Source: Moniliella sp. 'wahieum'
Taxonomy: Eukaryota
Assembly (NCBI GenBank): GCA_003971905.1
Contig: RSEE01000020.1
Location: 62,001-126,000, forward strand
DNA length: 64,000 nucleotides
Reading direction: 5' to 3'
The position numbers and the translations under genes were made by a program. Below the pieces are notes generated by a model. The model ran no database searches. It saw only the letters and a list, made by a program, of their open reading frames with translations, and was not told where the DNA came from. Below are positions 1 through 11,629 of the stretch, piece after piece. Numbering within the stretch: position 1 is the first letter of the stretch; every line of letters starts with the position of its first letter.

Positions 1-1059
1 TCCGAGTTCTCATTGCCCGCCGCGACAGCAAAGTGGAGACCCGACGAAACAGCACCATTGACAGCAGCGTCGAGCGTGGGCGACTTGCCACCGCCAGAGA
101 CATGTTGGCAACAAAGCCCTTGTGCTTCTTGCGTGTTGCCGGGTCCTTCGACGCAAGCTTGGCACTGATCTCCTGTGCGTCCTTCACAGCCCAGAGAACC
201 CCCGCCGTCACATCCGACATGGTGCCACTGCCCGAGGAGCGGAGCACCTTGACGGCAACCAAGTCGGCGTTCTTGGCAACACCATACGTCTTGCCACCAA
301 TGGTACCAGCACAGTGGGTGCCATGTCCGTTGCCGTCCTCATCCGGGTCACCATAGGGAATGGTCTTGCCCCAGCGGGCGCGGCCCTCAAAGTCGGTGTG
401 GTGAATGTAGACACCCGTGCTGAGGTCGTGTTAGCATGCGCTGCTCAAGCTGCGGGGCAAGGAATAAGAACGTACTCAATGATGTAAGCTGTCACACCGG
501 CTCCCGCCGCCTCGTCGTAAATGTAGTTGTTGAATGTGCCATAGCCGAGCTGGTCGCGGTGGGAAATGCGAGCCAAGCCCCAGGGGGCATCCTTCTCGGT
601 GAGATGCTTGTGGTCTTCGACGATGACCTTCTCGGGCATGACCTGGGTCTTGACAATCGAGTCGCGCTCCACGTACTCAACCTCGTCCTGCGCACGAATG
701 AACGCCAGCACATCGTCGGTGAACTGCCCCGAGTAACCTTGGAGGTGGCCCTCCAAGTCGTACACGTGGCGAATGCCGTGCTGGGCTGAGGAGAGCGTTG
801 AATCCATAGTAGGCGTTGGCGGCCTCTTGCGCCGAAGCAATCGTGTCCTGGTGCGCCAGGAAAGAGCTGGCAGAGACGCCCTTGAGCTTGACAATGTAGT
901 TGTCCGGCACCTCGCCCAGGTGGCCTTCAGCGCTCTTCAGTGCGGCAGGCACAACCGACGCGTCTTGGATTGTTGCGCCGGGCACAAAGCGGGGCTTGGG
1001 GGGCGCGCGGTGGCCACAGCGGCCAGGGCAAGGCCGACGGCGGTCGAGAGCAGACGCAT
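1..1059 (-). CDS. Subtilisin-like (S8) serine protease, proteinase B/cerevisin-like; 3' end runs off the window
   Basis: Signal peptide MRLLSTAVGLALAAVA (ATG 1059), I9 propeptide (YIVKLK...VEYVERD), APWGLARISHR. Removing a GT-AG intron (475-420) gives the catalytic motifs IIDTG and DGNGHGTHCAG, then NMSLGGG and AAGN. Confidence 0.95.
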
Positions 1060-2151
1060 GCTGGTGGACGAAGTAGAGAAAGGAGAGGCAGAGAGGGAGG
1101 AGGCAGTGGGTGGGTGGCCTAGGCAGGGATGGGGCCGCTAGGGGGGAAAGCAGGCTGCGATGGACAGGGGGTATTTAAGGGCAGGCGAGCGCTGGCTTAT
1201 CGGCGCGATAATCGATAACGGTCTGTCCTGCCTCTCCTCTATCGATATCGTATCTCCACAGCACGAACGGCAGTGGCGATAGCCGGTGCTGTCGCCACCG
1301 CCTGCCACACAGGCCACGCCATCCCCGCCCTCTGCCCTCTGCCCCGTGGGTGTCCCCAGGCAGGGCGCCAGTGCTGCGGGATAATGACGTCACGTCGCTG
1401 TAACGCGCAGGGTGGGGAGGCCGGGGGGGGCAGTAGTCATAGTATGACTCGATCGATCGATCATCGGCCAGAAGCAGTAGCCTCAGTGGCTAGGGAGGCA
1501 GGGGGCAGTGTGTGATGCTTGGTGGCTGATGCAGGTGCGATGGCGCCAACCCGGCTCCTAGATCCGTCCCACTGGGGGGCACCAACAGCTGCGCGCCAGC
1601 ACTGCTCCAGCCGCCTCCCGCGGGCTCCCGCTGGCTCCTGCTCTGGGATCTGAGACGGTTTCTTAGGCCCTGCGCTCTCCTGCAGCCACCCAAGCCACAG
1701 TTGAGCTGAGGCCGGCTTTTTAGCACCAGGCTCTCTGGTGTGCGCGCGACGAGATAAGATCTGGGATCAATCGATCACGCTAGCTTACTCCTGTGTGCCA
1801 TTTGACTGATATCGATTAGATAACTCCCTGTAGCGTTGACCCTTTCCTCCGATCTCCCATCCTGTCTCTTGGCCACCACCTCCCGCCTCGCCATCTGGCC
1901 GGCACCTCCATCCTCATCTCCTCCTACAACCGCAACTATAGTACACACTCGCGCTGCATTCCTCCGTGCAAGCAGAATCATCGGCAGTCATATAGCACTC
2001 TCCAAGTCTCCTATACCGTATGAACTGGAACCACATCAAACATCCACCAGGATACACCTCATGCCAATCGTCCCTAGTAGCTTTTTGGACTACAGCTGCC
2101 AACCGCAGCACTTGCAGACGCGTCTCGATTCTATCGGAGCCAGCAATTCCA

Positions 2152-3933
2152 TCACAACAAGAGCAAAGCGCAAAAATCTGTTGAATGAGCTGGACGATCA
2201 ATGTCGCCGGTTCTTGAGCAGGTGGCGTTCCCCATGTTCAGCTCAAAGTCACGTTTGGGAGGGGGCAATCCGCGCGCGCGAGGAACGCCTTGGGGCATCG
2301 TCCCGTGAGGCTGCGCTCCATTGGGTTGGCTGGGATGCTGACTCGATCTTCCGGTCCCCGTGATGCCCTGGGACAAAGCGGTGGGCTGGTGTTTATCTTC
2401 CTCTTCGATCGGCTCGGCGTGGAGGGAGCGAGTAAAGGCTTCTTCGTCAATCCGGTGCACGGCATAGGAGACATCAAACGCGTCCTTCAGTTGTTGGAGA
2501 CCGGGAGTGGTGAGACCCAATCCGGCACGAGCGGCACGGGAAACGGTAGGGTCCGTGGAGCGCAGCACCGATAAGAGGGGCGAGGCGAGTGGCATGCCTC
2601 GGGCCATCTCCAGTCCGTTCGGGGTGAGAAAAGGGACGGACTGAGGGGCACGGCACCAAGGATGTTGCAAGAATGGTCGATCGTGTATCGTCCCCTGGGG
2701 TTGACGGTCAGCAGGTGGCTGATCAAGTCTTTGGCTGAATCCGATACATCGTCCCACCAAGGCGAGAGGAAAGTGAATTGCCCCCGCGCCACTTTTTCGT
2801 CAGGACGGCAATGCTCTCGTCGTAAAAGGGGGGAAACCACAAAGGAACGTATAGAGAACACAACCCAGTGCCCAGATCCACCGACTTGGTGTAGGAGGAC
2901 TTGCGCACAATCTCTGGTGCTGTATACCCAATCGTTCCACGGTGAGGTGGCATACCCACCTCATGTACCACCTTGCTCAGCCCAAAATCCGCAATCTTTA
3001 CCCGTCCAATCCCGCATCCACCGACACCGGGAATGAATCACCCTCATCGGCTTTGCCATGGTCGTACAGCCGCGTTTCCGGACCTTGACGGGATCAAAGG
3101 ATGGGCTCAAACAGAATGTTTCCGGCTTGATATCGCGGTGCACAACGCCAGCCTCTTGGTGCAGGTAGCGGATAGCCTCGGCGACCTGGAGGATAATATG
3201 CCTGGCAACGTCTTCGGAAAAGTAGGTATACTTGGCAATCTGGTGGAACAGCTCTCCGCCTTGACAAGTTCCATCACAAGAAAATAGTGGTTCGCCGACT
3301 CGCCAAACTCGAGCAGACGAACAATGTTGCCATGCGACAGTCTCCTCATGACCTGAACTTCTTGGAGCACGCTGGCATGCTCCGTGGCCCGCTGTCGCCT
3401 CCGGAACCGCGGTTGGAGATGAGGAAGAGAAATTCTGGGCCTTGTGCACCACCTTGATGGCGCACTCTCCTCCCGACTGACGGTGGCGAGCGCGAAAGAC
3501 GTTGCTAAACGCCCCTTCTCCCATCTTTTCCAGCAGAACAAAACGCTCGGTCACCGGGGTAGACGGGCAGTGTGTCGCCGGTCACCGTCTTTTCCCTCCG
3601 GACCAAATCTTCGGCCGCATTGCGGTACACCTGTTGCGTATCATTCTCTTGCCGCACCGAAGAGGCCGGCGCAGCTGGCGGAGAGGCGGGAAGGAAGTGG
3701 CAGGTGTCTTGGGCCCATTGCCTTGTGGACCTTCAGCAGTCTTGCACCAACGTTATCCACAGAGATTGCTCCTCCACAACAGGCGTGGGAGGACCATCGC
3801 GTTCGACCTGGTGCTCGCCCCACTTGGCAGCAACGGCGGGTGCGGCGCGGCCATGGCGGATGAGGTGTTGGAGGCTATCGAGCAACGGCGTTGCCGGCTC
3901 TTCGGGTGGGGCGATGGCGCTTACAATGCTCAT
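2152..3933 (-). CDS. CAMK-group Ser/Thr kinase, Srk1/Rck2-like (frameshifted in this assembly)
   Basis: Fragments across frames: LLEKMGEGAFSNV, CAIKVV, FLVMEL, GGELFHQI..YTYFSED, VHRDIKPE, GTIGYTAPE, FLSPWWDDVSDSAKDLISHLL, TPGL..LKDAFDVSYAVHR. Confidence 0.9.
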
Positions 3934-4433
3934 CGAGGTGGGAGGAGGACGAAAGGGGTGGCTGAGGAGAAGGAGGCAAGGAGGCAAGGCTCAGCTGGGT
4001 GGAAATGTAGCAGCGCCATAGGTGGTCCAAGCCACAACGCACTGGAAAGAAAGCCGGCGGGCGTTGGCAAAATGGCGGGGGGGGGCTTATGGAGGCGACT
4101 GTGGTGCCAGCGCGACGACGCGCGCGACCGCTGAGGCCAGCCCACACTCCCGGCGGTAACCGGTAACGAGGGGGGGGAGGGAACCAGGCAACCAGTAAGG
4201 CGGGCTGGTTAGACGAGGGCCCCCCTTTACACTGCTCAATGCAATATGCAACTCCCCCCCACGATCGGGAAAGCCTCGACTTGCGCCCGAGCCCTGAGCT
4301 GAGAGCCTCAGCGCTACCGCGCCCAGCACACTGGCCCCGAGCTGCCCTACTGGCTTGCCTGTTGCACCGATCCCATGGTACACAGCACTCGCTTAAGCGC
4401 CGCCTTCGGGGTGTGTTCAGCATGCATCAGCCA

Positions 4434-4524
4434 TCTCTATATCATAAGATCGGCTGGGAAATCCTGCACACTTTTGCGTCATAGGGCCGACCGGTGCCAC
4501 GTTCCCAGCCACCCAGCCAGAGAA
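4434..4524 (+). mobile_element. Duplicated 5'-terminal fragment of the Helitron-like element; contains the empty retrotransposon target TCTCTATATC|ATAAGATCGG
   Basis: Starts A|TCTCTATATC. 4444-4526 is nearly identical to 7841-7929. Internal inverted repeat GGCTGGGAA...TTCCCAGCC. Confidence 0.6.
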
Positions 4525-4534
4525 TCTCTATATC

Positions 4535-7500
4535 GTGTGCATTCCATTGACAGAGCTTAAGGCTGGGACAGGGGGAACGCTACGTCTAAACCGAACCGTT
4601 CATCTTGCGGGGGTTACTTGGAAGCGCCACAAGATTAAGGGACCAGGGGATCGCCAGGATATCAGGACCCTCCGGCTCACGCCATCCGGTCCCGTACCCT
4701 AGGAAGCGCGTGTGGACACGGAGGAACGTGGTTGACATACGAGCGAGGAACCATTTCCACTGAGACTTAGTAGCCAACTCCTTCCAATGCGCAAACAACT
4801 TGCCCGCCCTTGGTGCCGTAGTATCCTCCGCGTCAAAACCAGGGGGAAAACGGTTCTTGAGTGCGTCCCTGGTACTTGGCGTTCTTGTCGCATTCTGCGT
4901 TCAAGCAGCCGAAGCAGTTCCTTCTCCCGGCGTTCCAAAGGCGACGCAGTGCTCTCATGCACCACCCGCCGGTACGGCTCTGCGCCTCCTGCGATCCCGT
5001 GTCGCGCAGCGTGTGGTCTACCTCCATTCCGGTTCCTCCCTGCTCCGGGCCCCATCACGCGGTAATCGGTGCGCTGTGCCTTCCGTCCGCGCCTCGTCCC
5101 ATCCTCTTCCTCCACCATAGGTTCGTTGTGGACGTGGTGTCGGGGATGGAGCGGAGGAGCTGGAGAATGGGCTCCGCACTGCCTCATGCAACGCACCAAA
5201 CTTGGCCTGGGTGCGGGTGCAGGACATATGTTCCAGCGAGGACATGATGCCGCACTTGCAACATGCTGCGCGTGGTGCGGCACAGCGTGCGGAGCTGGAG
5301 ACCAACCTGGACCTGCTGGTCAGAGAGCGTGAGGTTACGGGACGGATGGAATGGCGGAGAGCCAGTTGTGGCTCAGCGGGTGCTGTGCTCAACCACATGG
5401 CGACCATCGGCAGCGTCCAGCTTCGAGCAGCTCCTGTCGACTTTGCTCCCACATCTCGCGGCAGCGCTGGCGTTGTTCGTAAATGCGTTGGCCCTTGCCG
5501 TTTGCGGTCCCGAACGGTCAACATAAGTGGTAATAGATAGTCGTTGACCTCGTTGGCCGCGGCACGGCGTGGGGCGCGATATACGAGTAAAGCGGGCTGC
5601 CACATCCTCCCAGCCGAAGAGGCAGGCTCATGAGCATGTCGAAGTGGTCGTCCTTGGCACCTTGGGGATCCTCGTCGCCCGGATCCGTCTGAACTCCGTA
5701 CAGATGAAGGCATCAATCTCGGCCAGCACGTCGTCTAGCTCTCCTTCCATCTGCATGGTGCGGAGCAGGTGGCGCAGCTTGGTCTAGTGCTGAGCCGCCA
5801 TAGTAAGAGGCGTCCCTGGCGGGTGATGCCATCAAACTTAGGCATGTTCTCCCTCAGACTGGCCAGTTGGGCCCGGAGCCACTCGACGACAGTCTACCCC
5901 TCCCACACAAGTGCCCAGAACCTGCAGACCATCCTCCCGAATCTGGTCCCGGTCCCGCTCGACACACTTACGCAGGTTGAGCTTGAGGCCTGACGCGTCG
6001 TCTTCCAAAAGCTCCGCGCTAGGCCGGTAATGCCTGGCCCTGGACCGAAAATCGTAATGTCGTCCAGGTATGCCATCACCAGGTGCCCCGGCGGCAGGTC
6101 CTGTTCCAGTTTCTCCAGCGTGGGCCGCACTGCGATGGAGAAGAAAAAGGGGGCGAGGGGGTCGCCCTGCCGTACCCTCTGCCGACAGGACGTTGGTCTC
6201 ATTTCCGCCGACGCGACCCAGAGCTGGGGGGGGAACCATAGATCCATCGGCCCAACGTGAGGAGATGGGGGGCGTAGGCATGGAGCGCCTTGGCGAGTGT
6301 GCGACGGCGCACAGTGTTGAAGGCGTTGGTAAAGTCGAGCATGGCGACGTGGGCTGAAGTCGCCCAGTTCCGCATCGTTCTCCCCGCCTGGCGCTGTCAT
6401 GCGCTCGACCATCCGTACGATAGGCTCCACCCGTTTTGCGATGCTACTCCCAACTGGGGGGAGAAGCCAGCTGTTGGGGGCGATCGCTCGAGCGATGGCC
6501 TTGGCGCACAGGCGGTAGATCAGCTCCCCGCAGGCGATGGGGCGGATGCCTCCCGATGCCTTCTCCAGGGGGTAAGGCGGGAGGCCAACAGGAGCTCGCG
6601 TCCTGGGCAGTGCCGTGGTAAATGCTCTTGTGAGGGCGGTGAGAAAGGCGACGAAGCGCTTGCATTCAAGGGCCGTTCTTAGGAGGGGCTGGGTCCACCC
6701 GGATAGACCTGCCCCAACGTCGATTCTGAACGTGGCAATCAAGGCAACAAAGTCGATTTCGTCCAAGTCCACCACGATACGGCCACTGTCCGTCGTGTCG
6801 GTGAGGGTGGTGCCCGGCGGTACCACGCGGCCTGTGTGGGGGACGAGTGCGGGTGGTGGTGTTGCCAAAGGCTGTGCCCGAGCCGAGGCTGAAGGGGTTC
6901 GCCTCTCCAACGGGGGGTGGAGCTTTCCAGGCTTTGCCTGGGTCTCGGGGGTGAGAGGGGCAATGGTGGATTGGCCGACGAGGGTACTTGCTGCGCGGCT
7001 GAGGCAGCCCTCCAGAATGAGGCGGTCGGCCTTGGTGACTGGGTCGAGTGCCTCGCGCGTTGAGAAGTCGGGGGGCGGAGGAGTTGCCAGGCGCTGTTGG
7101 GGTACGTCCCGATGAGGTTATTGTCCTTGTTGTGGTGGCGGAGTACTTCCTTAGGCACCGCTAGAATATCCATCAGGTGTGCTGACGAGGGCTCCTGCAA
7201 GTAAGCGTCCGCCAAACGGCCGAGCATCTGAAGGAAAGGGCGCTTCAGGTGTGGCGGTATCTTGCGTGTGCTGGGCGCTCGGCCAGGGCGGTCTCAAACG
7301 GGGAAGGAGGTCGGCCCCCGTGTCGGTCGAGGGTTGCGCGGTCGTCTGGTGGCGGTGGTGGTGGGGCGGCGGCGGCGGGGGGGGGGCGTGGCGCGGGGGC
7401 GCGGGGGGGTTGAGGGTCGGGGTGGCGGGGCGGGGGGGGCTGTCTGCGCGGGGGCGCGGCGCGGGCGTGGGGTAGTGGGGCGTGGGGTCTCGGCGCCGTA

Positions 7501-7840
7501 GCCATGGTTGGCTGTTCGGAGCCCAGCCGGGGGCTGCGGCGCCGGGGGGTGGCGAGTTGGGGGTTGGGGAGGAGGGGCGTGCCTTGACCCGGTACTTCGG
7601 GCACCGGGTTCCTGGCTTCGGAGTTGCGGGGGCAGCGGGCCCTGTTGTGGCAGGGTTCGTGCAAAGGGAGCAATGATACTCGCGCTTGGGGGGTGGGTCG
7701 GTGGCGGGGGGGGCGGGGGTGGTGGGTACGGGGACGGGGGTGGTGGGGATGGGGGTGGGGGTGGCGGCGGGCGGGGCGGGCGTGTCACGTGCCAGGACCC
7801 AGGTGGCAGCAAGCCGGCGCGGTCACGTGGTCAGGCATCC
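4535..7840 (-). mobile_element. Non-LTR retrotransposon with restriction-like endonuclease (CRE/Cnl1/MoTeR-like)
   Basis: A single frameshifted ORF with RT and C-terminal endonuclease motifs. Boundaries are defined by comparison with the empty site at 4434-4453. No LTRs, no poly(A), no clear TSD. Confidence 0.85.
4586..7838 (-). CDS. Retrotransposon polyprotein: Pro-rich N-terminus, CCHC zinc knuckle, reverse transcriptase, RLE-type endonuclease
   Basis: CSLC....HNRARC (about 7673-7631, across an indel); PLEKASGGIRPIACGELIYRLCAK; RQGDPLAPFFFS; YLDD (6070-6059); CCKCG...EHMSC...RH..VHN; RTDYRV; KNAKY...F.PLV. Confidence 0.85.
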
Positions 7841-7860
7841 ATAAGATCGGCTGGGAAATC

Positions 7861-7999
7861 TGCACACTTTTGCGTCATAGGCACGTGCCGACCGGTGCCA
7901 CGTTCCCAGCCACCCGCAGCCAGAGAATCCTGCACACTTTTGCGTCATAGGCACGTGCCGACCGGTGCCACGTTCCCAGCCACCCGCAGCCAGAGAATC
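7861..7999. repeat. Tandem duplication of a 70-bp unit
   Basis: TGCACACTTTTGCGTCATAGGCACGTGCCGACCGGTGCCACGTTCCCAGCCACCCGCAGCCAGAGAATC at 7861 and 7931. Confidence 0.95.
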
Positions 8000-8063
8000 G
8001 GTGATATTATTTGCCCTCTCCAGCGTGGAAGGGTTCCAGCGTGGAACGGTAGCGACGGTGGAA

Positions 8064-8167
8064 CGGTGGCTAAGGTGGCGAAGGGGACCGGTGGCTAAGG
8101 TGGCGATGGGGCCGGGGGAACGGTGGCTAAGGTGGCGAGGGGGGGGGAACGGTGGCTAAGGTGGCGA
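8064..8167. repeat. Four copies of CGGTGGCTAAGGTGGCGA separated by G-rich spacers of variable length
   Basis: Copies start at 8064, 8089, 8121 and 8150. Confidence 0.95.
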
Positions 8168-8431
8168 CGCAGCACCAAGCTGGGGCGAAGCCCCAGCCGA
8201 CCGGGCCGTAGGCCCGGTGGTCCTCCTCGTCTACTAATAGCCTGTCATTTAAACCAGCCCCATCCCAGACACCTGCGCTTGTCGCCCATGATGCGTGTTG
8301 GCATCACCACCACTGCTTCCAGAAGTTGGCATGGATTATGATGTGATCGATGGGATCTGAGGTCTTGATGCTTGATCGCCCTAAGCAATTAATCTATTGA
8401 ATGACTCTTTCCATGTTTGGATCACATCCAA

Positions 8432-8515
8432 GCCTCGCTATTTCAATCGGTAGAATTTGAGACTCTTACGTTGGAGATTCATCTCACGGTTGTGGGTTCG
8501 AGTCCCACGTGGGCG
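8432..8515 (+). tRNA. tRNA-Lys(CTT) with a 12-nt intron (8469-8480)
   Basis: Anticodon arm TGAGA-CTCTTA..A-TCTCA, T arm GTGGG-TTCGAGT-CCCAC, oligo-T terminator downstream. The acceptor stem lacks one G (likely homopolymer error) and there is one D-stem mismatch. Confidence 0.8.
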
Positions 8516-10499
8516 TAACTTTTTGTCTCATCCACAAGTCATTGTTCCTGTTGATTTGTGAAGGGGTAGATGGCCAAACCACACTATATAGTGTACGTGC
8601 ACGCGTTGCGCTACGGGCGAAAATGTTGTCGTCGCCACAACCTCTTCCCTTTCTATTCTCTCTTCCACTCTCCTTTTGATACTTGTTGCGAATGAATATC
8701 TGCTGGTTGGCGCGCCTCTCCCAGGACCAAGTGGCTTACGGCCGTGCCCTGTCGCGTCGCTCCAATCTCAGGTTCCATCTTGATCTCGATAGTGTGATCT
8801 CAGATCTCAGATCTCTTCACTTATTCTCACTCAAACTTTTATGATACTTTCCATTTTCCCTGTGGATTCAGCCATATTCAACCGTGTTTTATGGTTAGAT
8901 CTTAGATCTTGGAGCTTTTCTCAGCTGTTCCACACTTCCAGACTCATATATAATGGTACTCATCATACAGTTGGCCCACAGTCTCTCAAGAAATGTTGGG
9001 CGGGACCGAATAGATCGCCGGTCGCATAACGTTATTATTGCGTTGGTAATTGAACCATGTATACTTTGGCGGCACGACGGTAGTCCCTTATGCACAGGCA
9101 CTCTTCTCACAGCCCTCCGTCTGGATGAGGCCTCTCAGGGTCTCGTCTCAAAAGTTCTCAGACCTTCAGGTATACATGTCATGACCTCATGACCTCCATG
9201 CCCGATTTGATTCTTAATGAGACCTGGAGTCCTGATGGTCCTCGAGGGTGATGCAATCGCACTGGTGGTGCTGGTGCTGGTGGTGGTCTAAAGCAACCAG
9301 CAAGACCTACAGAGGAACATCAAGCAGCGAGTCGCCACCAGGGGCTAAGCTGCGGAACAGGGAAAAACAGGAGAGAGAAAACAACGGAACTCTCAGGCCT
9401 GAGGAGGAACTGAAGGGACATTGGCCAAAGCACGAGCCACCCGATGGCTCAACATTCTCCATCAACGCTGACAGCTTCGGCCACGAAGGGGGTTCAAGTC
9501 TGCCAATGGAGCTTGAAAGCCAAGTGAAAAAACTTTGAAGCGGCACCCGCAGGGCACAGCGACTTGCACAGCGAGAGAAGGCGAGAGAGACGAATCGATT
9601 CTAATAGCAAACCACTCTGACTAAAGAGCTTAATGCGCTTGTACTTGGCCTGCATAGCCGCTTACCCTCTCGGTTTCATCTCAACGTCCAACGAGAATGA
9701 ATATGCTCCCCTTCCCTGGACGCGCCTCCCTAAGCCTATACATCTGACGGTTGCATCCTCTGAACTATATACTCTGGGGTCTGTTCTGTCACAGAAGAAT
9801 AGATATGTGGCCATGCTCTGTACGAAGGGGTGTGGGTGCCGATGGTATTCATCCAGGCTGCATGGAATGGTGTTTTATATACCAGAGGAAAAGGAGAAGC
9901 AATCGCACGGTAAACCATCCGTGATGAGAGGGAAGAGGCACACAAAGGGATCAAGGAAGATCTAGAACAGGGTCGTACGCACAGCCAATGGGAATGTGTG
10001 TGTGGCCCGTCACGCTCACATAGCTAATCGAAAATGCTGGTAACAAGGTTCCGGATAGATATGTGAGGACTACGTAAAATTCAAGGGGGCAAGGCCCAAA
10101 AAATTGTGCGCAAGAAATTTCGATTAGCTATGCAATGCCCACCATAGAGGAAAGGATACTGAACAGTATACGGGAGCCAAGACGGACCTAGTGTCTGCTT
10201 CTGTTGGCTTGTGAAGACCAGATGACGATGGATGGGTGCTGCTGCCAGACGGAATACTATCTTCCTCTGCTACTAGAGAGATTCCTGATCTTTATAGCCG
10301 CGAGATGTTTGAATAAATTGTGTGGGCCTATACGATTCATCTGCCTTCTCCTCCTTTATACCGTCGCTACGTGGACCATCAGAATCGTATATAGGGAGGA
10401 GGAGGGGGAAGTGTGCCACTCGCATCACACATCCACCTCCGCCTGCTTAGCAGGCAGACATAAAAGGCCAAAAATGCAGGTGATGAGTGCGATCGATCA

Positions 10500-11629
10500 A
10501 AGAAAACATAAAAAAAAGTCTCGGCTAGCCCTTCCCTCTCCCATGGAACAACCTGCGCAGGCAAAATGCGAGGGAAGGGCGAGGAGGGCGAGGGCGAGGA
10601 GGGGCTCGGTCAGAAATATCAACAGGCCGACGCTGAGCTCAAGGGTCGGTTGCGTCCTGATGGCGGCGCCGTCAAGGGACGTAAGGGTGTCAACGGCGAG
10701 AGGGACGGGATGGAAGGACGTCGTCGGTCATCACGGCCTCTGTGCGGTCCGACGCGCGTCGCGGCCGCTCATCCGCCACGTGGGATGGTGGGCGAGGCAA
10801 AGCAGATGGGAGAGGTACGTCCATCTCCGTCGCTCTCTAACTCGGACACGGAGCATTGTCCAAGGCGATTTGGACCGCTGATACGCCTCGACCGAAATCA
10901 CACTCTCGTCTTCCGAACCGTGTTCCTGCTCTTGCTCTCCTTCTTCCTCGGCCCACTCTTCGTACGCCTTTTCCTGCAACGTTGGCTTCATCATCGAAGC
11001 ACTCATACTGGCCGCGCAAGCTCCTGCCACCGTCGAGCGGGGCGGTAGGCGTGGTAGTAACAAAGGGCAACGACTTGCGATGCAACGTTGATGGACGGTC
11101 CCCCTGCGCCAGCATGCCACCCGACCGGAGCGCAGAAGGCTTGACCGAATGCCGTCGCGCCAACGGCCGGTCCGGCGGGTAAAGCGCGTCGACAAGGTAC
11201 CCAGTCACCCGTCGCGCGAGAATGGGGGCTGCACTCTTTTGGGTCAAGGGGAGAGGGAGCGGCGGACGTGCGCGGCGGCGGAGCCGGCAAGAAGGGGGTT
11301 TGGAAGGTAGGCGGCGTGGAGGGAGGGGGCAAGGGGCGAGAAGGAAGGGGCGAGGCAGCAGCGCTGTTGGGCGCATCCCATGGCGCGACCTGCAGAGTGC
11401 AGGACAGAGAAAGTTCGTCGGGGCTGGGAGTCGCCTTCTGGATGGTAAGCAAAGCAGATGTGAGGCGAGCCTGTGGGTGGAGGGGTGCCCCAGGAGCGCC
11501 AGGCGGCGTTGCGCATGCGTTCGCCCGTGGCACCCAGCAGGCCGGGGGGGGCCGAGGCGAGAGAAAGTGGGCGAGCTGGGGGCCGGCGGGTGCGTCGGGC
11601 TGGAGCTCGAGGGAGAGGGCGCTGCTCAT
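10500..11629 (-). CDS. Hypothetical Pro/Ser-rich protein (frameshifted); 3' end uncertain
   Basis: ATG at 11629 (MSSALSLELQP) downstream of a TATA-like TATATTAA near 11750. Overlapping GC-rich ORF pieces include an acidic EEWAEEEGEQEQE tract. No recognisable domain. Confidence 0.4.

Larger units (their letters stand above)
4525..8237 (+). mobile_element. Non-autonomous Helitron-like element (about 400 bp: 4525-4534 plus 7841 to about 8229/8237) interrupted by the retrotransposon
   Basis: 5' A|TC terminus, internal tandem repeats, two GC-rich hairpins (8179-8197, 8200-8218) followed by CTCG|T (8226-8230) or CTAA|T (8234-8238). No Rep/helicase ORF. Classification is inferred from terminal architecture only. 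Confidence 0.55.

Noticed and set aside
4444..7929. 83-bp flanking repeats read as LTRs or as a long TSD
   Set aside because: The protein is non-LTR type with no integrase or protease. The second TCTCTATATC at 4525 is better explained by insertion into a tandem copy of the target. Not fully excluded.
8064..8167. CRISPR-like repeat-spacer array
   Set aside because: The repeats are 18 bp with very short, low-complexity G-rich spacers, the context is eukaryotic, and there are no cas genes.
7780..8235. Self-cleaving ribozyme (HDV-like or hammerhead) at the retroelement 5' end
   Set aside because: No CUGAUGA/GAAA core is present. The HDV-like TCCTCGT at 8224-8230 lacks a pairing P3, and I could not build a convincing P1/P2.
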